A stretch of 64,000 nucleotides of DNA from Cyanophora paradoxa CCMP329 (GCA_004431415.1 QPMI01000437.1:1-64000); one strand, 5' to 3'; shown: positions 11,571 through 25,918, counted from the first letter of the stretch. Numbers and translations are program-made. The notes: generated by a model not told the origin, from the sequence alone.

Positions 11571-14500
11571 TCAGGCGAGGTTCACGCCCGGGGGGCGGTA
11601 CGGGCGCGGAGCCCTGGCGATAGGGGCGGGGGCCGGGCTCGCGGCGGCGGCGGCCGGCGCGACGGGATCCGACGCGGAGAGAGACTGCGCGGCAGCCGAT
11701 GCTGCGAGGAGTGGCCCCGAGGCGGGCGGCTCGCGGGGCAGGGGCGAGGACAGGGAAGAGGAGGAGGAAGTGGAGACGGGCGCGGACGGGCCGGTCCCGA
11801 GAGCGAAGAGGGCGGAGCGGTAGGAGGGGGAGGGGGAAGAAGAGGAGACGGCGGAGGGCCCGGCGGGGAGCGGGGAGAGGAGGGGCCAGCCGCCGCCCAC
11901 GGAAACCGGGCCGCCGAGCGAGCCGAGGAAGGGGTCGGGTTGGGGAGATGCCCCGATGCGGGGGAAAACCGCCGCGGGGAAGGCCGGCAGGGGTACGGGC
12001 GAGCGGCTCTCGTACCCCGGCGGGCGCTCGGGGGACGCGCCGCCCCCCTGGGGGGGCGGAGTCTGGTACCGCAGGGGCCGGGGGGCCCAGGGGTCCAGGG
12101 GGGGCTCCTCCGAAACCCCGTACCCCCCGTGAGCGCCCTCCCCCTCCTCCGGGGCGTCCTCGTCCCCCCCTTGGAGCACCATCTCCTCCATGAGCCCGGG
12201 TAGGTCCAGCTCAGGCTCCTCGTCCTCGTACCCCGGTTCGAGGTGGTGGTACCCCGCCGCGCCCTCGAACTCGGCGCCCGGCACAGGTACCCCCACGAAC
12301 GCCTCTCCGTACACGTCGTACCCCGGCGAGCCGAGCGGGGGCCCAGGCCCCGGCTCCGCGGCGCCCATCGGGGCCTCGTGAAGGTACCTGGATTACGGCG
12401 TGAGGCGGGGCAGGGCGGCCGAGGGGCTGGCGCCAATGCAATTCTAGCGACTAGTTTGAGCACTCCTTTGCTAGCAACGCTTCTTCCGCTCCCCTTAGAC
12501 CCTCACGACTCTCGTTCTTACCTGCAGGTCTCGCCACGGGCGCAGAAGCCCCTCGCGAAGAATCGGCAGATCTCCTGCCCGCTGGCACTGCGCGGGCGGG
12601 TCAGAGGACCTCCCAGGACCGGTCCCGGGGTACAGGTACCTGTACAAAGGGCTCGGGGCCGACTCGGCCAGCCTGCGCCGCGGGGGTGAGCGAGAAGAAT
12701 GAAGAAAAAAAGAAAAGTGAATGGCGTACCCCGGGGAGGCGGAGCCCGAGGCGCGGCCGCCCTCCGACCCCTCGAAGAGACCGCGGTCGTGGAAGTACCT
12801 GCGCAATTCAGAATTCAATGAACGACAACTCTCTCGTACGAATTGAACAAAGGGGCGCGGCGCCGACGGACTTGCAGCCGTCGCCCCAGCCGCAGTAGCC
12901 GCGGGCGAAGTAGACGCAGGGTTGGCAGTCGGCGTTGTCGTACGCCGTCGGCCGCTCCGCCTCCTCCCGCTCCCTGCGCGCGCCCGACGGCGGCCGCGGC
13001 CGGCGTGCCGTCAGATAGGAAAGGAGCGGCAGGGCCGGGGGGAGGCCTATGTTCTCTCGCTCGCTAAAAGAAATGCTCTCGGCCTAAGAGGAACAACAAT
13101 GCGCCGGCCGCGGCGCGCGCGCGCGCACCTCGCGATGCGCTCGAGGCGCCGCCGGTGCGCGTCGCTGTTCAGGTGCTGCGGCGGCGGGGACCTTTGAGGA
13201 AGGCGGGGGACGGGTACCCAGGCTCGGGCTAAGGCGCACGTGCTGCATCTGGGCGGCGCTGTTGAAGGTCTTGCCGCAGGGCTCGCAGGCGTGGCCCTCC
13301 GGCCCCCTCTCCTTCTCCTTCTCCTTCTCCTTATCCTTCTCCTTCTTCTCCGCAGCTCCTTTCTCCTTCTTCTCGCTTTCCTTCGTCTTGAGCGAGGCTC
13401 CGCTGGAGGGGCCGGCGGCGGGCGCTTCGGTCGGCGCTGCCGTCGTCGCCGGGGCCGAGGCCGTCGCAGGGGCCGGCGCCGCCGCCGAGGCCGCCGGCGC
13501 CGCCGAGGCCGGCGCTGCTGCGGGTGCGGGTGCCGCGCCGGTTGCGGGGGCGGGAGGGGGGCCGCCTCCTCCTCCCTGGGCGCGGGCGGAGGAGCGGGGG
13601 CGGGGGCAGGAGCAGAGGCGGAGGGCGGGACGGGAGCAGGAGCAGGAGCAGAAGCGGGGGGCGGGGCGGGGCCCGGGCGGGGCGCGGGCCGCCGGAGGAG
13701 CGGCGGCCCTCTCCGGGGCGCCGCACGTCGAAGCTGCGGATGGGGGCGCCGCAGCCGCCGGCGGGGCAGGGCGCCCCCGCCAGCTGCTTGCCGTACCGCC
13801 TCTTCAGCTTGTTCCTAAGTAGAAGTCCGATAAGTACAATAATAATCTAGCAAGCGGGGCTTGTAACCATAACAGTAACAAAAGTCTTGTAATTGTTTAA
13901 CGGTGAGAGTCTCCTAGAGAGGAGGGCGGGGCGGGGGACGAGCCGAGCAGAATCTAAGAAGAGTCTAATGAGAATCTAATAAGAGCCTAGTAAGAACAAT
14001 ACAATGAGAATCTAACAATCTAACAAGGACGGACCAGCAAGTCTTGTGGAGGAGGGCGCCGCAGCCGCGCGCGCAGCCGACCTCCACCATGCTGCCGGGC
14101 GCGCGCGCGCTCGCTCGTTAAGAACAAGAATTCGAGGGCGGGCGGGCGGCGCGGGTTGCTATTGTTGTTAAGAACTCGGCAGGCGAGACTATAAGCTCTA
14201 CAAATCAGGAATCTTGTAGAGCGGGCGGGCGGGCGGGCGGGCGGGCGGCGCCGCGCACTCCGTTGAACAGATTATAGGAGGTCTATATCATATAAGAAGT
14301 CTATCCCCGGACACCATAAGACACAATAAGAATCAAACGCGCGCACTCCTCGCTGGGGCGGATGAGGGCGCCGAGGTCGCAGGCCGGGTCGCTGCACCTG
14401 CGCGGCGATACACGTCAGACAGAGTTTGAAGACTCTATAAGACTTCCTTCAAGACTTTTTAGAGGCTGCTTATAGGCTTTTCGTTGGATTCTTATAGGCT

Positions 14501-15780
14501 GCTTATAGGCTTTTTGTTAGATTTCTTTAAGGGCGCACCAGGGGCCGGCCTCGCCTCTCCCCGCCTCCTGCTCGCCCCCTGCCGGGGCCGGGGCCGGGGC
14601 CCCCTCCGGCGCCTCGGGCTTCGGGTCCTCCCCCTCGGCTTCCCCCCCTTCGTCGGCCTCGCCCCCGCCCCCGCCCCCGCCCCCGCCCCCGCCCTCGCCC
14701 TCGCCGGACGACGAGGGGCCGGCCCCGCCGGCTCCCTCTTCCTGCTCCTCGCTGCGCCGCGCGGCCTCGGCCGCGGCCTCCTCCTGCGCCGCCTGCGCCG
14801 CCAGGGCCTTCGCGCGCCGCGCCCGCGCCCTGCGCAGATTGTGAGGCCGCGGTGTCGGAGATTATTAATTAAGGGCCACCGCACTCACTCTTCGAGGATT
14901 GGCGACTGATGAGAGGAAGAAGAGGAGGATGGGGCGGAGGAGGAGGAGGAAGCGGCGGCCTCCGCCGCCTCGCATGCCGCCGCGCACTCCGTGTAGCGAG
15001 CCAGCCCGTGAAGGCACCCTGCCGCAGGCCCTGTGAGGAACAGCGGCAAGGCGAAGAAAGGAGGAGCGGGGGAGGCGCCTCTAGATCCACTCAAACATTG
15101 TCATTATTATCTAATTCTAGAAAGTAGAAGGTCTAATTCCATTGAGCGCGGGAGGCGCGCACGGGCCCGGCCGAGGTGCGCCTCCGCGTCGGCCCCGTCC
15201 CTCTGCACGAGCGGGCGGGGGGCGCGAGTGAGGATCCAGCGAGAGGAGTCCGATGAGAGGCGGGCGGGCGGGCGGCTAGCTAGAGCAGAGCAGAGCAGAG
15301 CGCAGAGCGTCTAACTAGAATTCAATACGAGTTAATTGTAAGAAGAACGGGTGGACGGCGACGGCGGCATCCCAGAGCGGAAGGGCGTCTAACTAGAGTC
15401 ATAGAAGAATCTAAGAATCTTATAAGAGTCTTATGAGAGCCTAACGGGAGTCTAATTATAAAAAGAAAGGGCGGACGGCAACGGCGGCGTCCCAGAGCCG
15501 AAGGGCGTCTTTCCAGCGGGAGGCCTTCATCAGAGAGGCCGCCAGAGCCTGCCGTAAATTGATTCTCATTAGATTCTTCAATAAGAATCTTGTTAGATTT
15601 GATATGTAATTATATAGGAGCCGCACCCGCTCCTTTGCGAAGCGACTGCTGTCGGCGGCGGCCGCGGCGGCGGCGGCTGCTGCGGCGGCCTGGGCGCGCG
15701 CCGGGGCCGGGGCCGGAGAGGCGGATGCGCTGTCGCCGAGCGCGTCGGAGGGCGAGTAGGGTACAACCTTCCCTCGGGCC
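11571..15780 (-). CDS. Multi-exon host RNA-binding-type protein (TPR-like helix, U1-type C2H2 finger, two CCCH fingers, Pro-rich tail)
   Basis: Spliced motifs CEPCGKTFNSAAQMQ..HLNSDAH (~13130-13290), PCVYFARGYCGWGDGCK/YFH (~12790-12920), EICRFFARGFCARGETCR/YLH (~12380-12575); may extend upstream to ~20225. Confidence 0.55.
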
Positions 15781-17016
15781 GCATCCACCGGGAAGCCTGC
15801 ATAGAAAATGCGGAGTAATCAGATCGTATACAACACCTCTTAGATTCCTCGCTGTTAGATTGTATCCGGCTCCTATTCGATTTCTTCTTACTAGATCATA
15901 ACATGAGAGTGTGGCGCCTGTGCTCGGGGCGGGGCAAAGCGGGGCGCGGCGCGGCGGGGCGGGGCGGGCCCAGGCCTTAGTAAACACTCGAGGCGTGCGG
16001 CGGGGCGGGGCGGGGTGGGGCGAGGCGGGGCGCGGCGGGGCGGGCCTAGACCTTAGCACACGCTCATTAAATGGAGTCTAATGGTGGGGTTTTAGAGTAG
16101 GGCGGGGCGGAGCGGGACGGGGCCGGGCGGATATAGCTCTTCCAGTAGCCGCTGCTTAATTTACGGTTCTATCGTAGACCGGGCCTGGCGGGGCCGGGCG
16201 GGGCGGGGCGGGGCGGGGCGGGGGCACCGCAGTGGCGGCCGTTGGGGCCCGTGGCGAAGACGACGAAGACGGGCAGGCGGGCGACGAGGGGCGCCAGCGC
16301 CCTGCGCGGCGGCGAGGCCGAGGGCGTTAGTTGCCAAGGGAGGAGTCGCCTCGCAAGATTCGAGGGGCCGAGGGAGGGGGGCGGGGGCGGACGAGGGGCG
16401 GCCAAGGCGTTAGTTGAGGGAGGGCGCTAAGTAGCTAATAGCATTTAAGTAAGCGGGCGTAAGATGTATTTAATGTATTTAAGTAAGATGGAAGGGGAGA
16501 TGTATATCTAAGTTAGCTCTGATAATGTATTTAAGTAAGATGGAAGGGGAGCGGGCGGGCGGGGGCGGGGGCGGGGGCGGGGGCGGACGGGGGGAAGGTG
16601 TGGAGCGGGGCGCAGTCGGGGGCGGGCCCCGACCCGAACTCCGCGGCGAGGATGTGGTGGATCATGTCGCTCCGCAGGCCCAGCTGCGGCGCGGTGGGCG
16701 GGCGGGCGGGCCCTCGTCAGAATCTTGTGAGAGGGAGATCTAGAAGCGGGATCTAACACGATTCTTCCGAGACTGCTAACAGATCCTTGTATTGACAGAC
16801 TGCTAATGATAGATCCTTACAAGAACAAGATTCTGACGGACCTTGGCGAGGACGCAGATGCGGGCGGTGATGCCGAGGGCCTCGGCGCCCTCGCCCAGCA
16901 GCCGCCCCACGGCGTCGCCCAGGGAGGGCCACGTGGCCGCCGCCCGGGGGCGGCCCAGCCCCGCGGGGAGCGGCGCGAAGGCGGCGGAGAGGCAGACGGA
17001 GAGGAGCATCGCCTGC

Positions 17017-17500
17017 GATCAGATCAGATCGGATCAAATTAGGTTGGTCGTCATTAAGAGATAGATTGCGGCACCTGGCCGGGGCGCGGGCGCTCGCAGG
17101 CGGAGGCTGCGCAGGCGGCGAAGGGCGAGGCCTCGTCGCCGCCCCAGTCCAGGCCGCTGCAGTCGGGGAGCTGGAAGAGGGGCCGGAGCCCCAGGCAGGC
17201 CCGCAGGACCTGGGGTCGGACGCGATCAGATCAGATCGATCAGATCAGATCAGATCAGATGTGATCAGATCAGATCAGATGTGAGCGGATTGGTTTCGTA
17301 CCCCGGAGAGCTCATCCGGCCCCCGCGAGCGCCGCCACTTTGCAAGCGCACGCGACACCGCTGCGAACGCCGGCGATATCAGTTCAGATCGGATCAGATC
17401 AGATCGAATCGGATCAGATCTGATCTGATCTGTTCTGACGCTTTGCCTCGCACCCTTCTCGACCTCTGCGCGGAGCGGGGAAGATCAGATCAGACTCAGA
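17017..17500. repeat. Intronic (AGATC)n pentamer tracts
   Basis: Runs of agatc/gatca at 17017-17036, 17224-17280 and 17385-17431. Confidence 0.7.
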
Positions 17501-20500
17501 TGAGGCGGCGGGCGGCTGGGGTAGGGGGGCCCGGGTCGCACCGCCGATGCGCTGCGTGATGGCGAGGCCTGCGGGGCGGGGGGCGCGGTCCGTAAGGGGT
17601 GCGAAGGCGGGTACGGTGGCGGCGGCGCCCCGGACAGCCTTAATAGCAGATTAACACTCATCATGTAGGATTCTTATAAGATTCAAATTAGATTCATGTT
17701 AGGCGGGGGCGCGGGCAGGCACCGAGGTCGACGGCCTTGGTCCGGCACGGCTCCAGGAGAGCCTCGGGGCCTGCCGCACCGGAAAGGATTAGATTCGATC
17801 TCTTAAGAATCTTAGAAGAGTTTGCGTTAGAATCTCACAAGAACTGCTGCAAGGCGCACCGAGGAAGACGCAGGCGAGCCGCGCGGCCTCGCACGTGTCG
17901 CAGCCGTAGACGGCCCGGCGCCCCGCGCCGCCCCGCGCCGCCGGCGTCGGGAACCTCCGGTCGGGGGGGCAGAGGCGCGCGGGGGACGCCTCCAGATCCG
18001 CCGCGGCGTAGCGGGGCGTGACTGCGTACAGGGCGAACGTGAGAAAGCTTAAGAGGACATGACTGAACTGGGGCGCACAGGGGTAGACGGGGGCGCGGGA
18101 GGGGTCGGAGGCGGCGGCGAAGGCGAAGGGGACGTGGGCGGGGCAGGCGGGGTTGCCCTTGACGGGGGGTACGATGCGCAGCTCGACGTCGAGCAGCTCC
18201 GGCCGGAAGCACAGCGACCGCGCCAGCAGCTGCGCACGAAGCCGAGTGAGAGCGCACGGGAAACGGGGGGGGGAGGGGGGCGAGGCGAGGCGAGGGAGGG
18301 GAGAGATCTAAGGATGCGAAATCTGTAGTCTTATAGCGTCTAACTATCTCATCTACTAGTCTTCTGGGTGACCGAAGAGCGCGGCGGGGAGGGCGCACGG
18401 CGAGCTGGTCGGGGGAGGCGGAGGCGGTGACGGGGTACGGGACGTCGCCGCGCTCGGCGGGGAGCAGCTCCTCGATCAGCACCCGCATCGTCGGCGCCCC
18501 GCCTGCCGGGGCAAGCGGTACGTCAGAGTTCGGAGGTCAGAGGTGACAGATCGGAGGAGAGACGTAAGAGAGATAGATGGGCGGCGGAGGGCTCGGGCGG
18601 CGTCCCCTCGGATCGAGGGGAGGCCGGACGCGGGGGGCGGGCAAGCGGACGGGCAAGCGGATGGATGGATGCGTGAATGGGCGGCGGGGGCCTAGGGCTC
18701 GGGCGGCGCCCCCTCGAGCTAGCCACTCCCTTGGAGCCCGGGGGCGGGGGGGCGGGTGCCGGGCGGGCGGGCGGGCGGGCGGGCGGGGGGGGATCGGATC
18801 GCCACGGACCGCCATCGTTCTGGATCGATTCCACGAAGTCCCGCACCAGCTCGAACAGGCACCAGCGCTGAGCGAGCGGAGGAGGGGGCCAGTTCGAATT
18901 CGAGGAGAGAACAACGATCTTATAAAGAGTCTAATAAGACTAGTAGGACGGAATGTAATGGGCCCAGCACCAGGCACCAGCGCTCAGCTGAGCGGAGGAG
19001 GCTCTCGGGCGGCCGGGCCGGGGGGCGATGGGGGGTACAGGCGCACCTCGAACCAAAGGTTGATGGGCCCGCAGTCGGTCGTGCAGCGGTCGGCGGCCGA
19101 GACCAGCTCCTGCGGGGCGGTTCAGGGGAAAGGAGGGGGGGAGGGGGGAGGGGAGGGGGGGTAGTAGCGCGGTGGCGCGGGGGCGGGGCGGGAAGAGAGC
19201 GCCGAAGAAGGTTAGACTAGGGTCAAAGCCGAAGCCGGGGCGCCGAAGACTAGATTGCTCAGACGAGGGTCGTCGGGTGGGGGGTGGGGGGGGTGGAAGA
19301 CGGGGGGGTACGCGCCTCAGTGGCGCGGGCGGGGCTCGGGCAGCGCCCGTCCCTCTCTATAGCATCGCGCAGCTCCTCGATCCGCTGCGGTGAAAGGGAA
19401 GGGCTGAGGGCGAGGGATGAGGGGGCGGGGCGGCGGCCCGTCTGACCTCTCGCCGCTCGTGGCGCCCCTTCGAGCGCTCCCCCACCAGCGCGAACGCCTG
19501 CGCCGAAAAAGCGGAGCCGTCGGCGTCGGAGGTGGGGGGAGGGAGGGGGGTACGCACGTGGTGGAATATGACCAGGGTCATGCCTGCAGGCACGCGGTCC
19601 GGTACCAGTCAGGTGCGCGGCTGCGGGGCGGGCGGGCGGGCGGGCGGGCGGGCGGGAAGCGGGGACGAACGCACTCCTTAGCAGAGAAGCAAACGTGGCG
19701 ACTGTAATCGGGGGCGCGGGGTCAGCGGAGCGGGGCGGAGGGGCGCGGCGAAAATGCCGGGCCGGGCCGGACTTTGAGTCGAAATCGACTGCTTGATGAG
19801 AAGTATGTGCAGGGGCGGCTCCGGGGGGCGCGCTGCGCGGCGCGCAGGCATCGGATGCGCGCGCGCAGCGGCGGCGGTGGGGCGCCCGGCGCACCGACGG
19901 GAGGCGCGGCCGGTGCCGGTGCCGGGGCGGGTGGCGGGGCGCTCGAGGACGGCCTGGGGCTCCCATCTCCCGCTTTCGCGGTGACAGCGCCCGCCGCATC
20001 GGGTTCAGGGGTGCGCCGCTCGGGCCTGATGGCGCGCACGACCCGCCGCGGGCCAAATGGGGCGGGGCTGGCCGACGCGCCGGTGCTGCCCGTGCCGTCC
20101 CCGGCCGCCGCGGCGGCAGGCTCGGGCGCCCGCACACGCCCGACAAACTCCACGGTCACTTCCTCTTCCACAATGACCTCCACGTCGATGCCCGATGCCC
20201 GGCAGTCGCGCTTCATGCAGGTGCAGACAGCTCGGGCCATGTGAGAGCGGCAGGGCTTCAATCGCCGTGCGGCGGGCCTGCTCCGCCTCTCGTTGAGGGC
20301 GCTCCTTCAACTCTCACGCCGGCATACGCGCTCTGCGTCGGAGTGCTGCGCGCGGGTGAAGGCCTGTCAGGCGAGTGCGCTTGCGGGTGATCGGGGGCGG
20401 TTGCAAGGACGGGGCCACGCACAACCATGCGCCCACAATGGCCGTTCGCCTCAGGCGGCTCGCCCGAAGAACGACCACATCGACCCGAAGACTCAAGTCC

Positions 20501-20616
20501 GCTGCGTTCGGGCTGCCACCGACTGACTGAGCGAGACCGACAACACCGAAAGCGTGTGCCTGCGTGAGAGCCGGTGAAGAAGTGACCGCCGAGGGGGGTA
20601 GTGTCAACTCGAACGC

Positions 20617-23600
20617 ATGGTCGCAGCGACGGCGGCAGCGCCAGTCGGCGCGGCTGTACCGATGAGCTGCGATGAAGCCGAGAGCGAAGGTGACCGGACG
20701 TCGCCCCTCCCGCCAGTCTGCTCGAACGCCTCCCTTGACTCGCGTCTGCCCCTCGCGCACGCAGAGCTCGTATCAGTCGTGTTCACTTGGCCCTTCTTGG
20801 TTTCAAAAGAAGCGCTCCTCGTGTTGGGCAGCTGGTGCTCTTCTCCGCTTGCGCGTCGCCGGCCGTCGCTTGACCGTACGATCCTCTGCAGGGATGAGTT
20901 GCCTATTGCGATGCAGAGGACGCCAGAGGGCTTGCACCAGTGCCGCATTCGGGTGCGGCCGGGTGTGCACATCTACCGGTGCGCGCGGCGCGGCAGCGCG
21001 ACGGCGCCTGAGCCTCCCGTGAGCTCCTCTCGCAGGTTCATCGTGGACGGAATAGCTTGCTACGCGCCGACCCAGCCGCTCACGACGTCGCCGAGGGGAG
21101 ACATCCGCAACTTCGTCCTCGTCCCTCCCGCGGCCGCGCAGCAGGAGGGCCTCTCGCAGGCGGCCCTCGCGGAGGCGGACCTCCAGATGCGCCGCGGGAT
21201 GCGCTGCCGCAAGTCCTCGAGCACTCCCGAGCTCAAGTTTCTTCTCCTGGACGACCTTGCCGAGGAGAGCGGCGAGGAGAACGAGGAGGAGAGCGACGAC
21301 GACGGGGCGGAGCTCGCGGCCGACGCGGAGGAGGCGGCGGGCCGCTGCAGCCCGGAAGGCGTCCCCGTAGACGGCGCGGAGGAGGCGGGAGAGGCGGGAG
21401 AGGCGGGCGAGCCCAACGGCGGCGGCGCCACCGCCAACCACCACCACCACCACCACCTCGGGACGGTCCTCGCGGACCACGACAAGCCGCGAAAGCGTGG
21501 CAAGCCGCGGCGGAAACTCCAGAGTGCGCGCGCCTGCGCGCCGCGCCGAGTCTGCTCGGCCGAGCCTCGCCGCCCGCGCAGTGGGGAAGATCGTGCAGTA
21601 CCGGAACAAGCAGATGGGCGAAGAGGACGACCAGCTGATGAAGAAGGCCAGGATGTGGGCCAAGAGCGAGCGCTTCTTCACCCCCTTCGACGCCAAGGTT
21701 CGCCCCGCCTTCTCCCTTTGAGCCTTCCGCCGAGCGAACGTTCGTTCGTCGACGCGCGCGCCCCCACAGGTCGTCTTTCCCCGCGCGCCCTCCTCCTCGG
21801 GCTTCAGCGTCGGCGGCGCCTCCTCCGGGTTCGACTCCCGCAGGTGCCTTTTCCTCTCCTTTTCCTCCTTTCTTTCCTTCCTTTTCCTTCCTTCTTACCG
21901 GGCCGGGCCGCGCAGCACGAGCCGCAGCGCATCTTATGTAGAATTTCCGTGGGCGGGCGCCGGGCACCCCGAGACCCCCCGCTCCGTCGCCTCGGGCACC
22001 CCCAACAACTCCTATCCCGCCTGGGTTCGCCCCGCCGCGACCCGACCCGCCACAATCTCCAATAAACTAAAAGAGCCTAATAAGAAACCTGACGAGAATG
22101 AATGAACGCAGTACGACGTGAACGAGCTGCCCTTCTTCGTGCGGGCGGCGCTCGCCTCCGAGGAGGGGGAGGGCCCCCGGCTCTACTGCTGGAACCCGGT
22201 GCGGCTCTTCTACAAATAGATAAAGTTCTAACGACTAGGCGGGGCTTCCCGTCCATTAAGATCTCGCCCCTCGCCCTCGTCCGCGCTGTGATGCGCCACC
22301 CGCCCGCCCGCCCACCCGCCCGCGCCGCCCGCCCCCACCTGCACTGGCGGGCTAGGGGCCGGCACATAGCTACCCAGCAAGCTAACTAAGTAGCTAGCAA
22401 GCTGTCCAGGGCCGCCCGGGCCCTCCTCCCCCTTCCTTCCCCCCTCACCCCCCCCACTTCTCACCCCCCCCCCCCCCCCCCTTTCCCTTTTCAGGAGGAT
22501 CGGCACGCGGACGTGGCGCTCACGCACTCGAACCTCTGCGCCTCCAAGTCCCAGGTCCGCATCTACCCCCTTCTTCTCCCCTCTTCTCTCTCTCTCTCTC
22601 TCCCCCCCCCCCCCCCCCCCCCGCCAGTCGTCGGCCCCCGGACGGCCATCTATAGAGGGGATGCTTGATAGCTTGCTGGCTAGATACCTTGCTGGCTCTC
22701 CGGCTAGCTCCCCCCCCCCCCCCCCCCCCCCCCGCTCGCCCTGGAACAAACGCCTCTGAGAACTTCGTTCGCAGCCGGGGCTCTACCGGACCGTGCGGGC
22801 CGCCTGCGCCGTCCCCGCCAACCGCCTCTCCTACTTCGAGGTCCGCCCTACGAGAATCTCACACAAATCTTATACAGAATCTCTTACAATCTTACATATA
22901 AATCCAGCAAGAGATCCTCTAAGAGTAATATGCAAGAGACCTGACGGAGCCCGGCCCGCCCGCCAGATGCACCTCTCGGCGGGGACGGACGCGAAGGGCA
23001 TCTGCCTCGGCGTCGCCACGCGGCGGCTCGCCACGAACGCCCTCTGCGGCTCCGACGGCTCCTCCCTCGGCTGGTACAGGCGAGCGAGCAATCTGCTTCC
23101 TTTCCATATTCTTGTGCGGTTTCTAACAGAGCGTCTGCAGCTCGGGGGACATCGTCTTCGCGGGGGAGTGGCGCGAGTTCTCGCGGGAGGGCATCCGCGG
23201 GGGCCAGACGGCCGGCGTCCTCGTGCACCTCGCCCAGCCCGGGGGCCCCGGCGAGGCCGCGCAGGCCTCCCTCTCCTTCTTCCTCGACGGCCGGGTCAGC
23301 CATCCGGATCAAATCAGATCAGATCTGATCTGAGCCGATCTGAGCTGAGCCGAACTGAGATGCGGCGCCCCCGCTCCCCCCGCAGCCCGTCGGCTCGGTC
23401 AGCCAGCCCGTCGCCGTCCCCGCCGACGCGGGGCCCCTGTACCCCTGCCTCACCCTCGTGCGCCTTCCCCCCCCCCCTCCACCCCCACCCCTCCCTCTCA
23501 GCCCGGCTGACCCCTTCTTTTCGACTGTGCCCAGTACAATATGAGCTCGAAGGTCATATGCCACTTCGCCGCGCCCGACATCCGTTACCGCTCGCACCTC

Positions 23601-23640
23601 CCGCCCCACTGCTGCTCCCTCGACGGCGTACCCCTCTCGT
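20617..23640 (+). CDS. Host protein with N-terminal CBM48 (AMPK-beta-type glycogen-binding) domain and C-terminal SPRY domain
   Basis: VSVVFTWP..VLGSW/..MQRTPEG..VRPGVHIY/RFIVDG..GDIRNFVLV (CBM48); TVRAACAVP..SYFE/..ICLGVAT..CGSDGSSLGWY/..GQTAGVLV..LSFFLDG (SPRY); GT..CAG introns. Confidence 0.7.
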
Positions 23641-25918
23641 GATCTCCCCCCTCCCCGCTTTCAAATTTCACGACTTCCCCCCTCCCAGGCGCTCAGTTTA
23701 GGCGCCGGCCGGGGCTTCTGTAGACACTATTTATCGGCAGCCTCGGCGTTTACTTACATATACGTAGCGCCGAGTCGCGGGCCCATGGCCCGGCAGAGTT
23801 TATACAGACAGTCGCATGTATATTAGATTTAGATAGTCGCAGTGCATTATGCGGCATATTCGCAGTGACGATCATCATAAGGCAGCAGTGCTCAAGCTCC
23901 GCGTTGCTCAAGTGTCCAGCTGCAGGTCGCTCAGTTTGAATTCCCAAGTTCAATGTAGGAAAAGCGCTGTAGTCAGCGAAGGGCAGTACTAATTAGTCAT
24001 GGTACGGTCATGGTCATGACTCAGTGATCAGTACCCTCAGAGTCGCTTTCACTGTACCGTAGTACATTCTTCATATATATCGAGCGAAATTATTGCATGC
24101 GCATGCGCACTGCCGCATGCCATGCGCATGCCGAGCTCGGCCTTCCATGTGATCATGATCGATATCATAGCTATAGTGTCGAGCTTTGGTTTAAGCTCGA
24201 TCGAGGCATGGCTAGCGAATGCCAGATCCGAATCCCGCCGGCACAAACAGGAAAGACGTTTTCAGGTACAAGAAACAGACGGTACGGAAAGACGGTTTCA
24301 TTGTGAAAAGGCGAACGCGGGCTCCGAAGAGAAGGGGGGGGGGGGGGATGGGGGGGGGGATGGGGACCGGAGGCGGGAGACCGGAGGGGGAGAGAGGAGG
24401 TGGGGGGAGGGGTGGGGTGTGGGCGAGGAGAGCCTTGGAATTCGAAGCCGAAGCGACTCCGAGCGGCTCCACTGGCAGCGAGCTGGAGCCGGAACCCCGC
24501 CCGCTGCTCCGGTCCCAGCACGCCCCGAACTGCTCCGGGGCCCAGGCGAGGGCGTTTGAGAGATGGGAGGGGGAGGGGAAGGGGGAGGGGAGGGGGGGAG
24601 GGGGAAGGGAGGAGGGGGAGGGGGAGGGGGGGGATGGAGGAGGGGGGAGGAGGCAGGAACCACTGGTCAAGGGTCAGCTTCGCCTCTAACACGAACGGGT
24701 CGGGGGCGCTCACCAGTGGGTTTGCGGTGCTCGAAAAGGGGCGGAGGGGAGTCTACCGGGGTCCTGGGGCGAATTCGAAGGTGGGGCAGCGAAAGGTCGG
24801 GGGGGGGGTACTGGTATTCGAACGCCAACCCAACGGCGTGCCGCACATCGTTCGATCGGAAGTAACGAGAAGATTTCAGCGGTGCGCTTGTCTGCGTTCG
24901 GCGGCGCCGTGGCTGGGGCGTGAGAGAGGCGGGGAGCGGCCGGTGGAGGGCGGACCGGGGGCGTACAGCGCAACCCTTCCCGGCGAGGGCACGAGCAAAG
25001 TCCTCTGCGATCGTGGGGAGCCTCCGCGGCTGCGCCTCCCAGAGACAACGCACCGCCCGCGGCCGCCCGCCGGCGCACTCCAGCCCATTCCGCGCATCCT
25101 GCCGCAGTGCCGCCCACTGATCCGCATCAAAGCGCTATAAACGCGCGATCCGGCAGGTATGCTGCGCGTACCGGTACTGAGGCCAGGAAGAGAGAGAGAG
25201 AGAGACTTGGCGGAAGGCGCCTGCGAAGTTCCCGGGGCTAGCGCACTCGCGCGCGGCGGCTCGACGAATCGGATCGCGCGCGATAGCGAGCGCGTGCGGA
25301 GCTCGCGTAGTGGGCTGGGCCGGGGCGCGTGCCAATCGGGGCGCTGGGCTGGGGCTGGGGAGGTTCGGCAGGTGGGCAGTCAATTGCAACAGACGGATGA
25401 GCTCAGCGGCGCCAGAGAGCAACTGAGAGCTGTGCCCCGCACTCAGAGGGCTCGTTGGCGGGCGACCGGACTCGCCCCGACGCTGCCGCTGCGCCGACTC
25501 CGCGCGGCGGTCCATGGCCATGGAGAGCTTGTCGATCAGCGTCCGACGCTCATGCACGAGCAGCGAAGCTGGATGCCGAGCATGGAGCGCGGCGCTCGTT
25601 CCAAACAAGTTCAGATTCAAGTTCAAACAAGCGGAACTGCATATACCGGTAAGCCGGTAGGCTGCGGTAGGCTCCGGAATGATGGCAGAATGCCAGAATC
25701 TATAAGGCGGGTACACGGAAGTCCAAGGCACACGGTATACGTATCTCGAGGCGAGCTCTGCCGCTGCCTGCCCGGCCGGACCCGGCCGGGGATCTCTGCA
25801 GCCGTAGTGTAGCCGAGCCGATCGAGCGATCGATCGAGCCGAGTACGGCCAGCAAAAAGCTGGTCAGCAGCCATCTCTCCGATCCAGCGTGAGCAAGCCC
25901 GGCCCGCTCGCCTGTAGC

